Under the pieces are notes generated by a model. It did not search any database. It was not told the origin of the DNA and worked only from the letters and a program-made list of their open reading frames with translations. A program made the translations under genes and the position numbers. A DNA stretch of 62,299 bases, counting the filler, from Nemertoderma westbladi (lineage: Eukaryota; Animalia; Xenacoelomorpha), in the NCBI GenBank assembly GCA_032718475.1. It is 3 parts of 3 records of this genome, joined end to end, with 100 filler letters (N's around TTAATTAATTAA, not from the genome) between each part and the next. Parts side by side here need not be neighbours in the genome. Positions count along the whole stretch, not along the records: positions 1 to 21,576 come from JAUCBJ010008191.1; positions 21,677 to 50,237 come from JAUCBJ010006022.1; 1 more part is not named here. One strand, given 5' to 3'. The stretch's first letter is position 1, and every line of letters starts with the position of its first letter. Shown here in pieces: positions 11,625-23,430 of this stretch.

Positions 11625-14600
11625 TCAGGGAAACCCGTAGTATTGCGGAGGGCGGCGTTCTCTACGAGGACAGGTGTTGGGTGGGTCAGATGGAGCAGCA
11701 ATGTGCAATGGCTGCTCAGGGACGTCGTCTAACTGTGGGGTGGACTCTAGGGCTGGTTGGAATGCGACAGGGGGTGCCACGCCGGGTGTAGCATGAGCGT
11801 GGAGTGTGGAACACTCATCAGCCTCGGAATCTGAATCCTCAGTGTATGACGTGGTTGGCGGTTGGAGACGAGGTACAAGGAAACAATCGGCCTGGCGGAC
11901 GCGGTATGCGTGAGCACGGAGCTGGCTGCCCGCAAATTTACGAACAGAACACCACGTGTCATCGATAGCACTGACGATATATCGTGGACGAGCGCCGGCA
12001 CGGGGGGAATCGGCATATAAATGGATGAGGTCGCCCACCTTGAGGGAGGTAAATCCTGGGAGTACCGTAGGGTGGGGGGTCTTAGAGCGGGCGCTGGAGG
12101 TGTGGTTGGCTAGGCGTCGCTCATTTTGGTCCCGCTGGAATAAAATCTCGCGGGCGGATAGGCCAGGGGAGCATAGACAAGAGTTAAGGTTTGCAACAGC
12201 GATTGCGAGAGATATGGATGAGAATGGGCCGCCAGTGGGACGGAGTCGGAGGAGCTCGGTGAGTAGCTCGCCAATAGCGTGTTAGGCGACTGGGTTTTTA
12301 TTTACATTCTTGCGGGATCCGATCTCAAGGAGGAGGTGGTGGGATAGGAGGATTGGGTCGTTGGCGAGGGCTTGGAACCCTGGGGCTGGGTCGGTGCGGA
12401 TGATAGCCAGGGGGCCACTAAGGGGGCACATGCCAACGGCAAGGGTGATTAAGGCATCACGTAGGGTATCGCTCTGTTCATCCAGAAGTATAACGGCATT
12501 TGAGTACGACGATACTGTTTCCCGTAACAGGAGGATACGTTGGGAATGGCGGCGCAGGATGTCGGCAGCGAATGATAGGCCGACGATGGGGGGCGGGTCA
12601 ATGGATGACTGGGGCACGGTACGCTTGGGGGCAGTTGAGAGGGCGACGCTTGGGATCGTCGAAATATAGACTCGAGATCGGGAGTCCAAGCGACAGGGTC
12701 GCCGGCCTTGGGGGTAAGGAGGGCTTCGAGCGGAGAGATAAGGGCAGAACACCGGGGGAGTACGCGGGAGAGAACCTTGTAGGAACCGAGGAACGACCGT
12801 AGGTCGCGGACGGTGGATGGTGTAGGACAGTGGGATAAGGCGGCTGTGATATGTGGGGAAGCAGATAAGGAACCGCTAGACCATACCCAACCAAGGATGG
12901 TGGTAGTTTGGGGGCAAATGATGGTTTTCTTTGGGGACAAACGCAACCCGGCAAGGTGTAGGGCGCAGAGGAGGGCGGCGAAATTGAGAAGGAGCTCGGG
13001 GATGGTATCGCCACTGCAGTAGATATCATCGGCGAGTTTGACGACGGATCCCTGGACGAGGAGATCGCCGAGGACGCGAGACATCAACTCCTCGAGAGCC
13101 GTTTCGCTGCCAGGCATGCCCATGGCACAGCGGCGGTAGACACGGACACCACGAAATGGTGTGGATACGCCGCAGAAACGCATGGAGTTGCGATGGAGTA
13201 GGATTTGGTAAAAGGCGCTCGTGAGGTCTGCCTTAACGAGGAACTTGAACCGACCCAGGGCTCGAATGGTGGATTCGACATCTGGGAGGAGTGCGGGTTG
13301 GGGCTTACAATACTGGGCGATCTCTGTGAACGCCGTAACGAGCCGAGTTCCTCCATTGGGTTTAGCGACAAGGAAGCTTGGGTTCAAGTACTCTATGGTG
13401 ACACCGGCCTGTTCTGGGCGAATGAAGACGCCAAGACGCTCGAGAGAGTCAAACTTCTCCTGTAGTTCAACGTGTCGGTCACGGGAGTATTGCGGTACAC
13501 GACCCTTACGTTGAGGTGGCAACGTAGGGGTCACGTTGACGACAGCTTCGAATGGGCCGGCAGACCCATTGTATCCAGGGTACGTGGGATCGAAGACGTC
13601 AGAAAATTCCTCGAGTAGATCGTGGAAGGCAGCACGCTCACGGTAAGAGATGATGCCCTGTGGGTCGATCTGGACTGCCTTTATAGGTGGAGGGTCATGG
13701 GAGACAATGGAAGCAGAGCAGATTTCGGGACAGGGTAAGGACTGTTCAAGTTGTTTCATGGGGGTAGCTGCAGTGGGTAGGGCGGAGCAGACGTGGGAGT
13801 TCCGTTGAATGAAGATGGGGTAGGGAGCAGAGTTTGGAATGGTAATGGAACTGGCTGCGGGTTGGAGCTGGATGGGGGGGAACCAAGGCTTGGGGGGAGT
13901 TACGTGCGACCATTGGTTAATCACATGGGGTGTCACAAGGAGAGAGTCGGAATCCGAGAGATGGGCTGGAAGCTGTAATGTGAGGGCGTCGCCGGGGAGA
14001 AGAATGGACGATCGTAAGGGGGCGCGCAGAATCTGGGTCGTCGTCCGACGGATAGTGGGTCGGGGATGACCTACCGGGGGGTACCGGATGGAACTGCCAT
14101 CCCCGAAGGTAATCAGCGACTGGGCCGGACGGATACCAATATCATTGGTGGATAGGAACGGAACGCCGGCGAGTAGTGGAACGTTGAGGCTGTCGACAAC
14201 GAGTCCACGGAAGCTAAACTGGAGGTCGTTATGGGTGAGGGAGAAGGAACTCTCCCCAACTACACCTGAAACAGGGGAACCGTCGGCCCCGATCGGGATC
14301 TGGCGGGAGCCACGCGAGATTGGAACGCCGAGTTGGAGTGCAGCGTCGTGTGAAATGAGGTCGGATTCGGCGCCGCAATCGAGGAGAACCTGGATGGGTT
14401 TACCTTTATAACGCGCTGTAAAGGTTGGACTAGGGCGTACAGCGACGTTATTAACCATCGGATCAGGAGGTGGACTGGCGACGGAGTCGTTATCGTTATC
14501 CGGTTGTTCATAGAAAGCGTCATTGTCGTTGTCGCCATCGACGTAGACGAGATGGGCACGTGAGATAAAGCGCTTGTCAGCAGGGGGAAGGAATGGGCAT

Positions 14601-15480
14601 GCACTGAGAAAGTGGTTGGTGGGAGTGCGTTAGGTCTGGGAGCATAGGGGACACCGGCGAACGGAACGGGAAAGTCCGCGGCCAGTGGAACTCGGACCGA
14701 GACCTGAGGATGTAGGTGGGGTCCGACGCGTCTGGGCACGGAAGGTACGCACTTCCACAGCAGTGTGGAGCTCGTCGAGAAGAGAAGACAGAGCCTGGGA
14801 GAACTCGGGTTTGATACTGGCCAGCGTACGGGACCGGAGCTCCGTGCCATACCGTTGTTGAACCAATCGAGGGAGGTCCGGGTGGATAAGGCGGAGCCAT
14901 ATGAGTACAACGAAGTTCTCGAGGGAGGGGGACAGCTCCTCGTCGTCATCGGGGAGAATCCCGTGGTGGGAAATTCCACCGTCCCGTCGGAGTAAATTAT
15001 CGTCCACGAAAGCCGATAAACGCTGGAAGAGGTCTTCGGGGCGCTCCTCGTGAAGGAGAGAGATATCGGAGAAGGAGAGGAAATGAGCTCCGGTCGCTTG
15101 GAAGCTGTAATGGAGGCGTATGGCCTGCCATATGGAGGGCAAGGACGTGGAGTCTCGAATGATCGAGTTACATGTGATAACGGGGGCGTAATTGGCGATC
15201 TGACCGAGCATAAGATCTAGAGCCGTGGTCTTTTGAAGGGCAGTACGGCAGTCGGCTGGGGCCACAGTGTCCGGGTTGTCGGCAAAACCGCGGAAGGGTA
15301 TAGCGCGGGTGTGGCGCAACCAGGTTGTACCCAGGACCGTAAACTGCGCAAATTGAGGTTGGAGCGCAAGCGAATAAGAAATGTTGTGGCGCCAAACCTC
15401 AAAGGAGTTGATCGTCTCAGATTCATTGAGTGGCGCCAGCTTGGGGGGCTTCAGTGAGCCGTTAAACGCTATGATAACGG
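11625..15480 (-). pseudogene. gag-pol of the Troyka-like element (disrupted)
   Basis: gag and the 12449..14458 ORF are one frame broken by a TAA at 14630; protease LLDCGAE; RT ADLTSAFYQ, CAMGMPGS, KLADD; integrase FAADI...RTDPAPGF...NKNPVA-stop (12282); RNase H and HHCC missing at a junction near 12650. Confidence 0.85.
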
Positions 15481-15844
15481 TAAGTAGGTAGCGTAAGTCT
15501 GTAACGTAAGGAGGGCTGAGTGGATGGATCTGTTGTTGTAGTAGATGGCGAGGAGTGGGAAACGAAGCACACGGTGACACCACGCCAGAAGTAGAGCAAT
15601 AGCGTAAGGAACAATGTGGTGAGTGAAGCGGGTTAACTATATTGATCAATACACGAATGAGTATAGATATATATATAAAGCAATGACAGTCAGAAGAAGT
15701 AACAACAACAGATCGGTCATCGGTACGCAACACGCTGTGCTGTACCGGTACTACACAGACAGACCTATACTTCTATCTGGTAGTTGGCAGTGCCATCAGT
15801 ACCAGGGATGGCAGATAGACGGGCAGGGCCTAAACCGGCTGGCG

Positions 15845-16045
15845 TAAGATAAATGTTAAAGAACTGTTGATACCCTTTCGAATGAGCCTAAAATCATAAG
15901 ATTTGGTTGAAAAGTGACGGAGGAGTAGTGTTTTAAAAATGAAAAATGTCATTCCATTATAAATGCCTTTAAAGTTTGAACCTTCCGCAGTTAATTTCTT
16001 ACAAATATGGTAGGCGAGGGGCTTCGCCCCTCGCCTACACCACTA
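15845..16045. mobile_element. Probable Helitron/Helentron-like non-autonomous element end (host of the LTR insertion; left part about 10400-10738)
   Basis: Perfect 13-bp GC-rich hairpin gtaggcgaggggc-ttc-gcccctcgcctac (16010-16038) ending an AT-rich repeat-like segment. Confidence 0.4.
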
Positions 16046-17386
16046 TTATATAACTCAATAATGGTGCGAGCATAAAACTCAAATCACGAAATTTAAAAGA
16101 ACCGGGTGTGTTGTCATAATATCTATCTCCACAGGTTATTCTGCTTGATTTGGTCTGGGTGCGGCTTTGCTTTTGGGACGGGGTGCTGATTGAAAGGGGG
16201 GTTGAAGGGGAGAACTGTCCTCCCTTTTCACTTTGACTGATTTGCGGTTTTGTTAAATTTCTTGGATATAGTTGTTGTGATGCTAAAATTTAATTTGTCT
16301 TTGATAATGTATTATTTTGTTTCATATTGTTTAGACCTTCACTTTTCATAATATTAGTTGAGTTTTTGTTTATACATTTGCTCTATAATTAATATATTAT
16401 ATAATTTGTATTTATTCAAAAAATTGAATGAAACTGTTATCACTATTATTATCTTACTAGAACTACTGACACTGATGTGGAACAGCTAGGATATTTGCGC
16501 TTTATTTGTGTTTTAGTTTTAGTAACTATAGCTACCCCTTTTTATTGTTAGTTTTGTTCTATAATGCAGCATTGGTTGATTGTAAAATGTTGTAAAATTC
16601 GTATGGAAATTTTAATTTTTTTTTGATTTTGATTTTTTTAATTTTAATTTTAATTCGTTTATAATATGGTGGGTTCAGGGTCATCACTCGCTCGGTGTCC
16701 TGGTTGTGCATCATAGGCATTTTTTATAAATATTCGGTAATCTTATATCTTGTAAACGTGCTTGATAATAAAATTATTTGCTTCATATTATATTTTTGTT
16801 AGTGGTAGCAAAGTTTAATTTTTTATTATGTGGGACGATCGACAAAGTCAGCTAGCCTCACGCCTTACAGTTTAGACAATTGTTTAGTTCACTTACTGCT
16901 AACTGATATAGTTCATTTGTAATAGTCTTGGCTATGATTCTTACCCCGGGCTCCTTCTAGCCAGCTTGCTGGCTTTCTAGTATGTAAGAATTGATCACTA
17001 TGGCAAACGTTTGAGACTTAAATAGCGAATCAATTTTTTGAGAACAAGGTATTTGTTGTCGAGAAAAAGCTGCTGGGTTAAATGCCCTAGTTTAGTCGAG
17101 AAGTTGTTAATAATCTTCCTATATTGTAACAGCCAAATGGGAATAACAATGATCATGATTTCCGTTGGCAAGGAAACAAAATTGGTAATTACCGGTATAT
17201 AATGTAGAAGGTTATAGTTCAGTAAATCGATAGTCAGTGGAATAAAGATTGTCTGTTACAGTACCTTGTTGCTATGTAAAATATAGGATACATTTTCTAT
17301 AATTCAAAGGGGGAAGGGTCGATGTCTGTTGTATATATTGCCTTATTCATTATTTATTTATACAGATTATTACTATTTTATATTAT

Positions 17387-18079
17387 TTACAATTTCGCTT
17401 TTTTCTTTGCCGCCAGTCTGTTCTTTTTTACTTGATCCTTGGCCTTGGCCATCAGATCTTCGAATTTACTGTCCACGACTTTGTTCAATGAGTTGGCGGT
17501 ACTGGATACGACCTCTCCGTCGCTCGGTTTGTAAGCCGCATTCGGGGGGGAAAACAACGTCATTTTCGTGACGTGAGGAAACAAAACGGGACAGGGCTGG
17601 ATCGCTTCGAGGTAGAATTCCTCGCGGATCGATTTGAGTCGTTCCACCGCCTTCCGTTGGCTTTCTACACAATTCTGCGTCTGGGACTGCTCCCTCATAA
17701 AGTATTTGTTCTGCTGTCTCTGCCAACTCTTCTCCAACAAGGCGACTGTAGTTGTATCCTCCGGACTCGGAATCGATGGAGTCTCCCTACTCCGTTCCGG
17801 ATCCAGGAGTCCCAAGTCCGTCTGGTTTTCCTCTATCGGTATCTCCTGCAGTCCCATCTTCTCTAACCGGCGTCGGAACTTCGCATCCCGTTTATTTCTT
17901 CTTTCCTCGAGGAGTTTCATGTAACGCGGGTCCATATAGCCTCGTACTTTCGCTTTCCCCGGCATCTTACAGCGCTCCGCAGACAGATGGATCTCCCGAC
18001 GATTTCCATAACGGTTTGGTGTTGTTGATACAAAAGACGTAAAAATTTTGTGTGAACGATTTCCAAGTAAAAGCGCCAT
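17387..18079 (-). CDS. MRPL40: Mitochondrial large-subunit ribosomal protein mL40
   Basis: Basic N-terminal presequence; RRLEKMGLQEIPIEE, ALLEKSW, ESQRKAVERL, EAIQPCPVLFP, SPPNAAYKPSDG align by eye with human MRPL40 motifs (RKLEKATQELIPIED, ALLLKKW, EAQQEALEEL, EAIKRDPNLFP, TPPIPNYQPPEG). Intronless. Confidence 0.85.
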   Translation of the reverse strand: MALLLGNRSHKIFTSFVSTTPNRYGNRREIHLSAERCKMPGKAKVRGYMDPRYMKLLEERRNKRDAKFRRRLEKMGLQEIPIEENQTDLGLLDPERSRETPSIPSPEDTTTVALLEKSWQRQQNKYFMREQSQTQNCVESQRKAVERLKSIREEFYLEAIQPCPVLFPHVTKMTLFSPPNAAYKPSDGEVVSSTANSLNKVVDSKFEDLMAKAKDQVKKNRLAAKKKAKL

Positions 18080-18394
18080 TCTTCACATGAACAGGCAGCA
18101 CCGGTGACCGGTAAACTCAAATACAGTTGTACTGAAATGCAGAAATAGCAATCTAAATTATTATTGTATTACAGTACTGCAGTATACCTGTATACTGACC
18201 GTACTGCAGTTGTACTGCAGTACTACGGGGTAGGGTACCGGTAGACATGAGACTAAATCCTTTGAAGGGTATAGGGGCTGTTGCGCTGTCAGTCAGAGCG
18301 GTAACAGCCCATGGTGTAAGGATTTACCCATGAGGCGCTAACTATCAGATAGTCTGCCCAGTTACAAGTTGCCCGATAGTTGTATTTTTTAAAC

Positions 18395-19040
18395 CCTGAG
18401 TGTTGTTGACGGAGTCTGTTACTTCCGAAATCGTTGATCATGGTGCCGGTGCCGGAATTCTGGCTTTAATTAAAAACACTGAACTGCTGAACGATGGTGG
18501 AATCTATGAAACCCGGCCGGATTCCTAATCCGAGGAGGCGACGGCTGGACGGAGTCAATTAAACGTAACAATGAAACGATCGCGATGGACAATGTACTGA
18601 TGGAGTCTATTCAATGTATCCAGAACGATACGATGGCGGCGGAGTCTATTACAGTATTAAACTGCCTTTGCCCTTCTACTTAAATGTGTATTTTATCCAC
18701 CTGTAAGTGTAATTTTATATATCTAATTATAACTTCTAATTAGGTATTTGTACCTAGGTGGTGTTCCCCCTGTTTATATTTTATTCTTTAAAATTAAACT
18801 GAGTGTTTTAAATAAATAAATAAATAAACACGCAACCAGATGATGGCGAAGTAATCTACAAAACAGAGAACGACAGGAAGGCGATGGAGTTTCTGAGTTT
18901 ATTAAACCCAGTAAGATGTGCATAGCGAAGCGATCGAGACGGATAACGGAGTCTATTACAGAATTAAACCTGGAACGAAGACGGTGGAATCTATAGGCAG
19001 ATAGGCCTAACCCTGGAACAATGCGAACAAGTCTACTCTA
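18395..19040. repeat. Highly degenerate tandem repeat with recurring ggagtcta/ggaatcta core, interrupted by an AT-rich (taaa)n-tailed insert at about 18662-18826
   Basis: Core motif near 18410, 18499, 18550, 18601, 18640, 18886, 18947, 18986. Confidence 0.5.
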
Positions 19041-19356
19041 AAGTTAGACTAGACTGGTTTGTGAGATTAACTTGCCAATACTAACTCAATACAATTTGCT
19101 TTCTTCGAATTCCTAATAATTTATTTTAATCTTAATAATAAATTATTCAACATCAATTATTTTATAAGTCTTGTCAATGTATAAGATTGCTAAAGACTAA
19201 ATAGCTAACTTTAGGAAGATCTGCCTTATATTTTTAGAATTATTATAATTAATTTTGTTATGTTTATAATGAATTGTATCTTTTGACAGACTAATTGATG
19301 TGCGACCGTGATAATAAAATTAAATGGTGCCGAAATATTTTCACTTACTTAACTGC

Positions 19357-19460
19357 AGGGGGGGGGGGGGGGGGGGGGGCAATCAATATTCTTCCCTCTC
19401 CAGGTGAAAATCGACGCAAATAACAGCTTGTTTACTACTAAAATAAAACTGCATCCTGTT
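19357..19460. repeat. Interspersed repeat family copy (inverted homologue of 3115-3215)
   Basis: ttcttccctctccaggtgaaaatcgacgcaaataacagc is the near reverse complement of about 3140-3180; both abut poly-G/C runs. The adjacent 2990-3040 segment also recurs at 6424-6470. Confidence 0.7.
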
Positions 19461-19735
19461 CTATAGGAAAAAACATTATAGGGGAAAACAAGATTACATG
19501 TTTACCAAGTTTGGTATAATTTAGTCAAAGATTGAATAAGTTACGATTTTAAATTATCAGTGGAGGGTGAAGGGCGGCCGGGCCAGGATTCAGTTATACT
19601 TGAATAAAGTATTGTGATTAAACCAAGCAGCCAAGGGATACGCGATATATGATACTGCTGTATAAGTTCATTGAATGACTGTTGATTTCGAAACATTTAA
19701 TTTCAAAACTATATAAATGTTAATATACAGATATA

Positions 19736-20679
19736 CACCATGTCCCAGAATATAGTGTCGTAATTCAGTGACACGGCCCCCCCCCCTAATTTTTCTACAA
19801 ATCTTAATGAGATTGCATGAAATTTGAAACAGAGATAGTTCCACCTCCCGACCACTGAGTGGGTGAGCCAGAATTTTTATTTTTGTTTTCAATCTTTAGC
19901 TACAAGCGTTTAAAAACAGTGTCTCCGGCGATATTACACCAGTTGTACTGCAGTTATTCTTCTACCTTATAGCAGTTTGTTGGTACCGATGGAAAGCTGA
20001 CCATGCAAGGATTCCAAATATGTAAAAATATTTGAATTTGGTTGGGAAATAGCTGAGCTATGGGCGTTCGAAAGTTGCATGTATTTTCACCTCCAATGGG
20101 CTATTTTATTCTATTTTATAAATACACAGAATTCTGGAATATTTTATTTATTTCATAAATAGCTATGCATTAGTAATACAAATGCAAGTTAAACGGAGGA
20201 AAACAATTACCTGTAGTATACCTTGATAGTCAGTACTTGCGCTGCTGTTTTTTGCAAAATAAAATATTCCAGAATTCTGTGTATTTATAAAATAGAATAA
20301 AATAGCCCATTGGAGGTGAAAATACATGCAACTTTCGAACGCCCATAGCTCAGCTATTTCCCAACCAAATTCAAATATTTTTACATATTTGGAATCCTTG
20401 CATGGTCAGCTTTCCATCGGTACCAACAAACTGCTATAAGGTAGAAGAATAACTGCAGTACAACTGGTGTAATATCGCCGGAGACACTGTTTTTAAACGC
20501 TTGTAGCTAAAGATTGAAAGCAAAAATAAAAATTCTGGCTCACCCACTCAGTGGTCGGGAGGTGGAACTATCTCTGTTTCAAATTTCATGCAATCTCATT
20601 AAGATTTGTAGAAAAATTAGGGGGGGGGGCCGTGTCACTGAATTACGACACTATATTCTGGGACATGGTCAGATGGTGT
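19736..20679. mobile_element. Foldback MITE, Tc1/mariner-like termini
   Basis: 413-bp arms (19737-20149, 20257-20669; one mismatch seen), 107-bp spacer; TA|CACCATG left end and ATGGTG|TA right end. Confidence 0.8.
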
Positions 20680-20839
20680 AATGTTGGATTTTTTTTTGTA
20701 ATAATTAACAGATGAATTATATTTCATTAATTTATGTTTTTTATCTAATCATATTATTAAATAACGAAGCACAGAAATAATACTAAGATTGAATATTTAA
20801 TGAAGGTACAGTACCGAATTGAATATTTGAATGGGAGAA

Positions 20840-21080
20840 TCTTTTAGGCTCGTTAAGCCAAGGAATGCCTGTTCACCACCATGGGTGATCTTCCACAGTA
20901 AACCCATCCACTCTGTTTCCCCAAGTTGCCTTGGTTCCCAATCGACCACTGAAGGATGAAAGCCGGGGTTGGGCTAGGCTGCAGCATTTAACAGTTTAAA
21001 GCACTGTGCCCAAACAGTACTGCCCCCATCTAGGGATCGAACATTGAATATTTGAGATTGCATAAGATAGAGTATTGAAT
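20840..21080 (-). mobile_element. tRNA-derived SINE-like element
   Basis: Minus-strand B box GTTCGATCC followed by a ctttcatccttc..ggtcgat central-domain-like motif; partial second copy of its tail near 47690-47730. Confidence 0.45.
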
Positions 21081-21179
21081 ATTGAATATCTTCGGCCGTC
21101 ATCCCGTTGGTGACTGCATTGGCAACCATTTCGACAGTTTCGATTGGTTTCGGCTCTTCAGTCCCGAATAGACCGATGG

Positions 21180-21486
21180 TCGGCGTGGTTGCTGTCCCCG
21201 TGACTGAGGCTGCATTACCAACCAAAATTGCCATCTCCAGGCGTTGGAGCAGAAACTGGTGCGGTTCGTGGGTGGCACTGTGGAGACGAGCCCCGATCTC
21301 CTGAGGAAGGTGGATTTCTCTGGACCAGGCTGCCAGGGCGGCCAAAGGTCTCAAAGGCCACGGGGTGAAATAAATGGCCCGGTTCATTAGGTCGCGATAC
21401 TTAGAGTTTGTAATGCGCTCCGCCCCCTTAGCTGAGTGCCCCTCGGCAATGATGGTTTGTTGAAGGTGGCTGGGGGCCAGTGGATC
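21180..21486 (-). mobile_element. 3' end of a CRE-like (restriction-like endonuclease) non-LTR retrotransposon
   Basis: DPLAPSHL...AE...KYRDL...YFTP...EIGARL...FLLQRLEMAILVGNAASVTGT matches the typical CRE C-terminus. Confidence 0.65.
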
Positions 21487-21576
21487 TAGTAATAATTAAC
21501 ACAAAGATATGATTAGGTAGGCCTACGTGATATACTGTATTAATTTCTCAAACCAAACCTCCATTGACGTCAAATA

Positions 21577-21676
21577 NNNNNNNNNNNNNNNNNNNNNNNN
21601 NNNNNNNNNNNNNNNNNNNNTTAATTAATTAANNNNNNNNNNNNNNNNNNNNNNNNNNNNNNNNNNNNNNNNNNNN
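21577..21676. other. Assembly gap with artificial all-frame-stop linker
   Basis: 44 N + TTAATTAATTAA + 44 N. Confidence 0.98.
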
Positions 21677-22689
21677 TACAGAACTCCAACATTTAAGATT
21701 AGTGACATTATTTTAATTAGACATTCTCATGGTTGTCTGCCCATGCTGTTCATTTTCAAATAATGAGTAGTTTAACTTCTGCAATAAATGTGGTTTGCCT
21801 ATCACTGGTAGTTGGTCGTGTGTCGGCAGTGATGACAATGTTAGTAGCAATATAGGAAGTGATGGAGCTGCAACCTTGCTACATGCGACAATTCCGAATT
21901 TCAACGAATTTTTAAGAGAGAAAAGTAGTGGACATCTAGGACAAGGTTCTTCAAGTTCATCGATGATGCCAAACACCTAATCCAGCTAAAAAGGCCAAGA
22001 TAGAAAAGGCAAAATATGTTAATAAAATATCTGTTTTATGAATTATGATCGTTAAATTTGTAATTTAAAGTCCTTCTTAGGTAAAAGGGTAACCATTCAA
22101 GTTGCATCATCTGCAGATTACGATATGATTTTTAAGAAAGGAGTTGCTCAATTTAAAATGCAAGTAAGTGATGTATAAGGATGACTTACTCTTGACATAT
22201 AAATGTGGGTGACAGATAGCCAATAGCCAATAAACTTCTTGCCATGGATGAAGCATTTGTTCTTAAGAAAATATAAATCGATTGTAAATCGATCACTGAC
22301 GAATTTGTTTATAGATTGCGTTTAAGTGCGACTTCGAAGGTATTCATAATGAGGCTTTATCTCGTCAATCCCAAGGTTATATCACGGCTATAGACACAGG
22401 GGAACTGGTAGTTGCCCCTTCAAAGTCTAATCTAAGCAATAGGCAACAACTACAGAGAAGCCAAACATGCCAAAGTGTACATGAGGAGCCTACTACTGAT
22501 GTTGAAATAATTGATTCTTTGAAAAGACCCCAATAATTCTCATTGATTCCGGTCCTACACTAGAAAATATCACAGTTGAGGATGACGATGAAGATCGCAA
22601 TAGTGAAATAATTTCTACCAGTAGTAATAATTCACCATCAAGGTTTTTTTCCAAATTGTCCAAATGTGTCTGAATTAGTTTATTGTAAC

Positions 22690-23430
22690 AAAACCACAAT
22701 AATTATTTTTGATTGTCTTTCACTGGGTTGTATTCTCACATCTCTATAGGTTACTGAACAGATTCACTCAGATTCACCACTGTGTAAAAGATTTCTTAAT
22801 ATCTCCCACCATGACTCAATACGATGGTTTTGGCAAGATTTTATATAATGATGAGCATTGGATCAATCTCGAAATTACGCCTGAGTGGCTGCCATACTGT
22901 ACTGCCATTTTCAGTCACCTTATCTGTTTCCAAACGTAATGGGCAACCATTCGTGAACTGCATCCAAGAAAAACTTACAAATAATTTTAGGGTCATTGTT
23001 ACTTCTAGTAACCTTTAGCCATATTATATAATGGGACCAGCCATCAATGCAGCCATGTCATGTATTGGGAAGCCACACGGCTTAAGTTTGTCATATCCGT
23101 CTGAATGCCACACAGCATTTGGACCAAGCATTCTATAAATATGTCTCTGTAGTCTATGTTTGTGTCTTAATTAAAGCATTGGCTTGTAGATTTAAACTGC
23201 GCAGTATGTACTGTATAACACTACGAGGTACCTGATAGCCCTTCAATTGAACCCTTTGCCATATATAATGATGACACCACAGTGACGCATGACCGTCAAC
23301 CAGTTCTTTAATTTCATAAGTGATATCTTCTAAGGAAGGTTCTTGAATCGTAATCGCAAAACACGTGATGCCGAAGTCCACAGTCCAGTCAACGTCGCCT
23401 AAGTGACCTATCAGTAATATAGACACCATG
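22690..23430 (-). pseudogene. Decayed integrase-like DDE transposase (IS3EU-like)
   Basis: Across frameshifts: GYQVPRSVIQYIL...GPNAVWHSDGYDKLKPCGFPIH.GCIDGWS.YIIWLKVTRSNNDPKII...GCPLRLETDKVTENG. Degenerate gacagaatatttgacaatctga repeats at 23720-23830 may be subterminal. Confidence 0.65.

Larger units (their letters stand above)
10739..15844 (-). mobile_element. Troyka-like (Gypsy-related) LTR retrotransposon, internally deleted
   Basis: Two 262-bp LTRs (10739-11000, 15583-15844; 2 substitutions seen), termini CGCCAG...CTGGCG, 3-bp TSD TAA on both sides, TGG-initiated PBS directly after the 5' LTR, purine tract before the 3' LTR, gag-PR-RT-IN order. Confidence 0.88.

Noticed and set aside
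10671-16000. Many short overlapping ORFs in and around the LTR element
   Set aside because: Antisense or alternate-frame shadows of GC-rich gag-pol and LTR sequence.
18395-19040. Repeat-spacer array with ggagtcta core
   Set aside because: Core too short and degenerate, spacing irregular; best read as an old satellite.
21621-21632. TTAATTAATTAA between N runs (also 50282-50293) as a biological motif
   Set aside because: Identical symmetric 100-nt construct at both gaps; an artificial linker.
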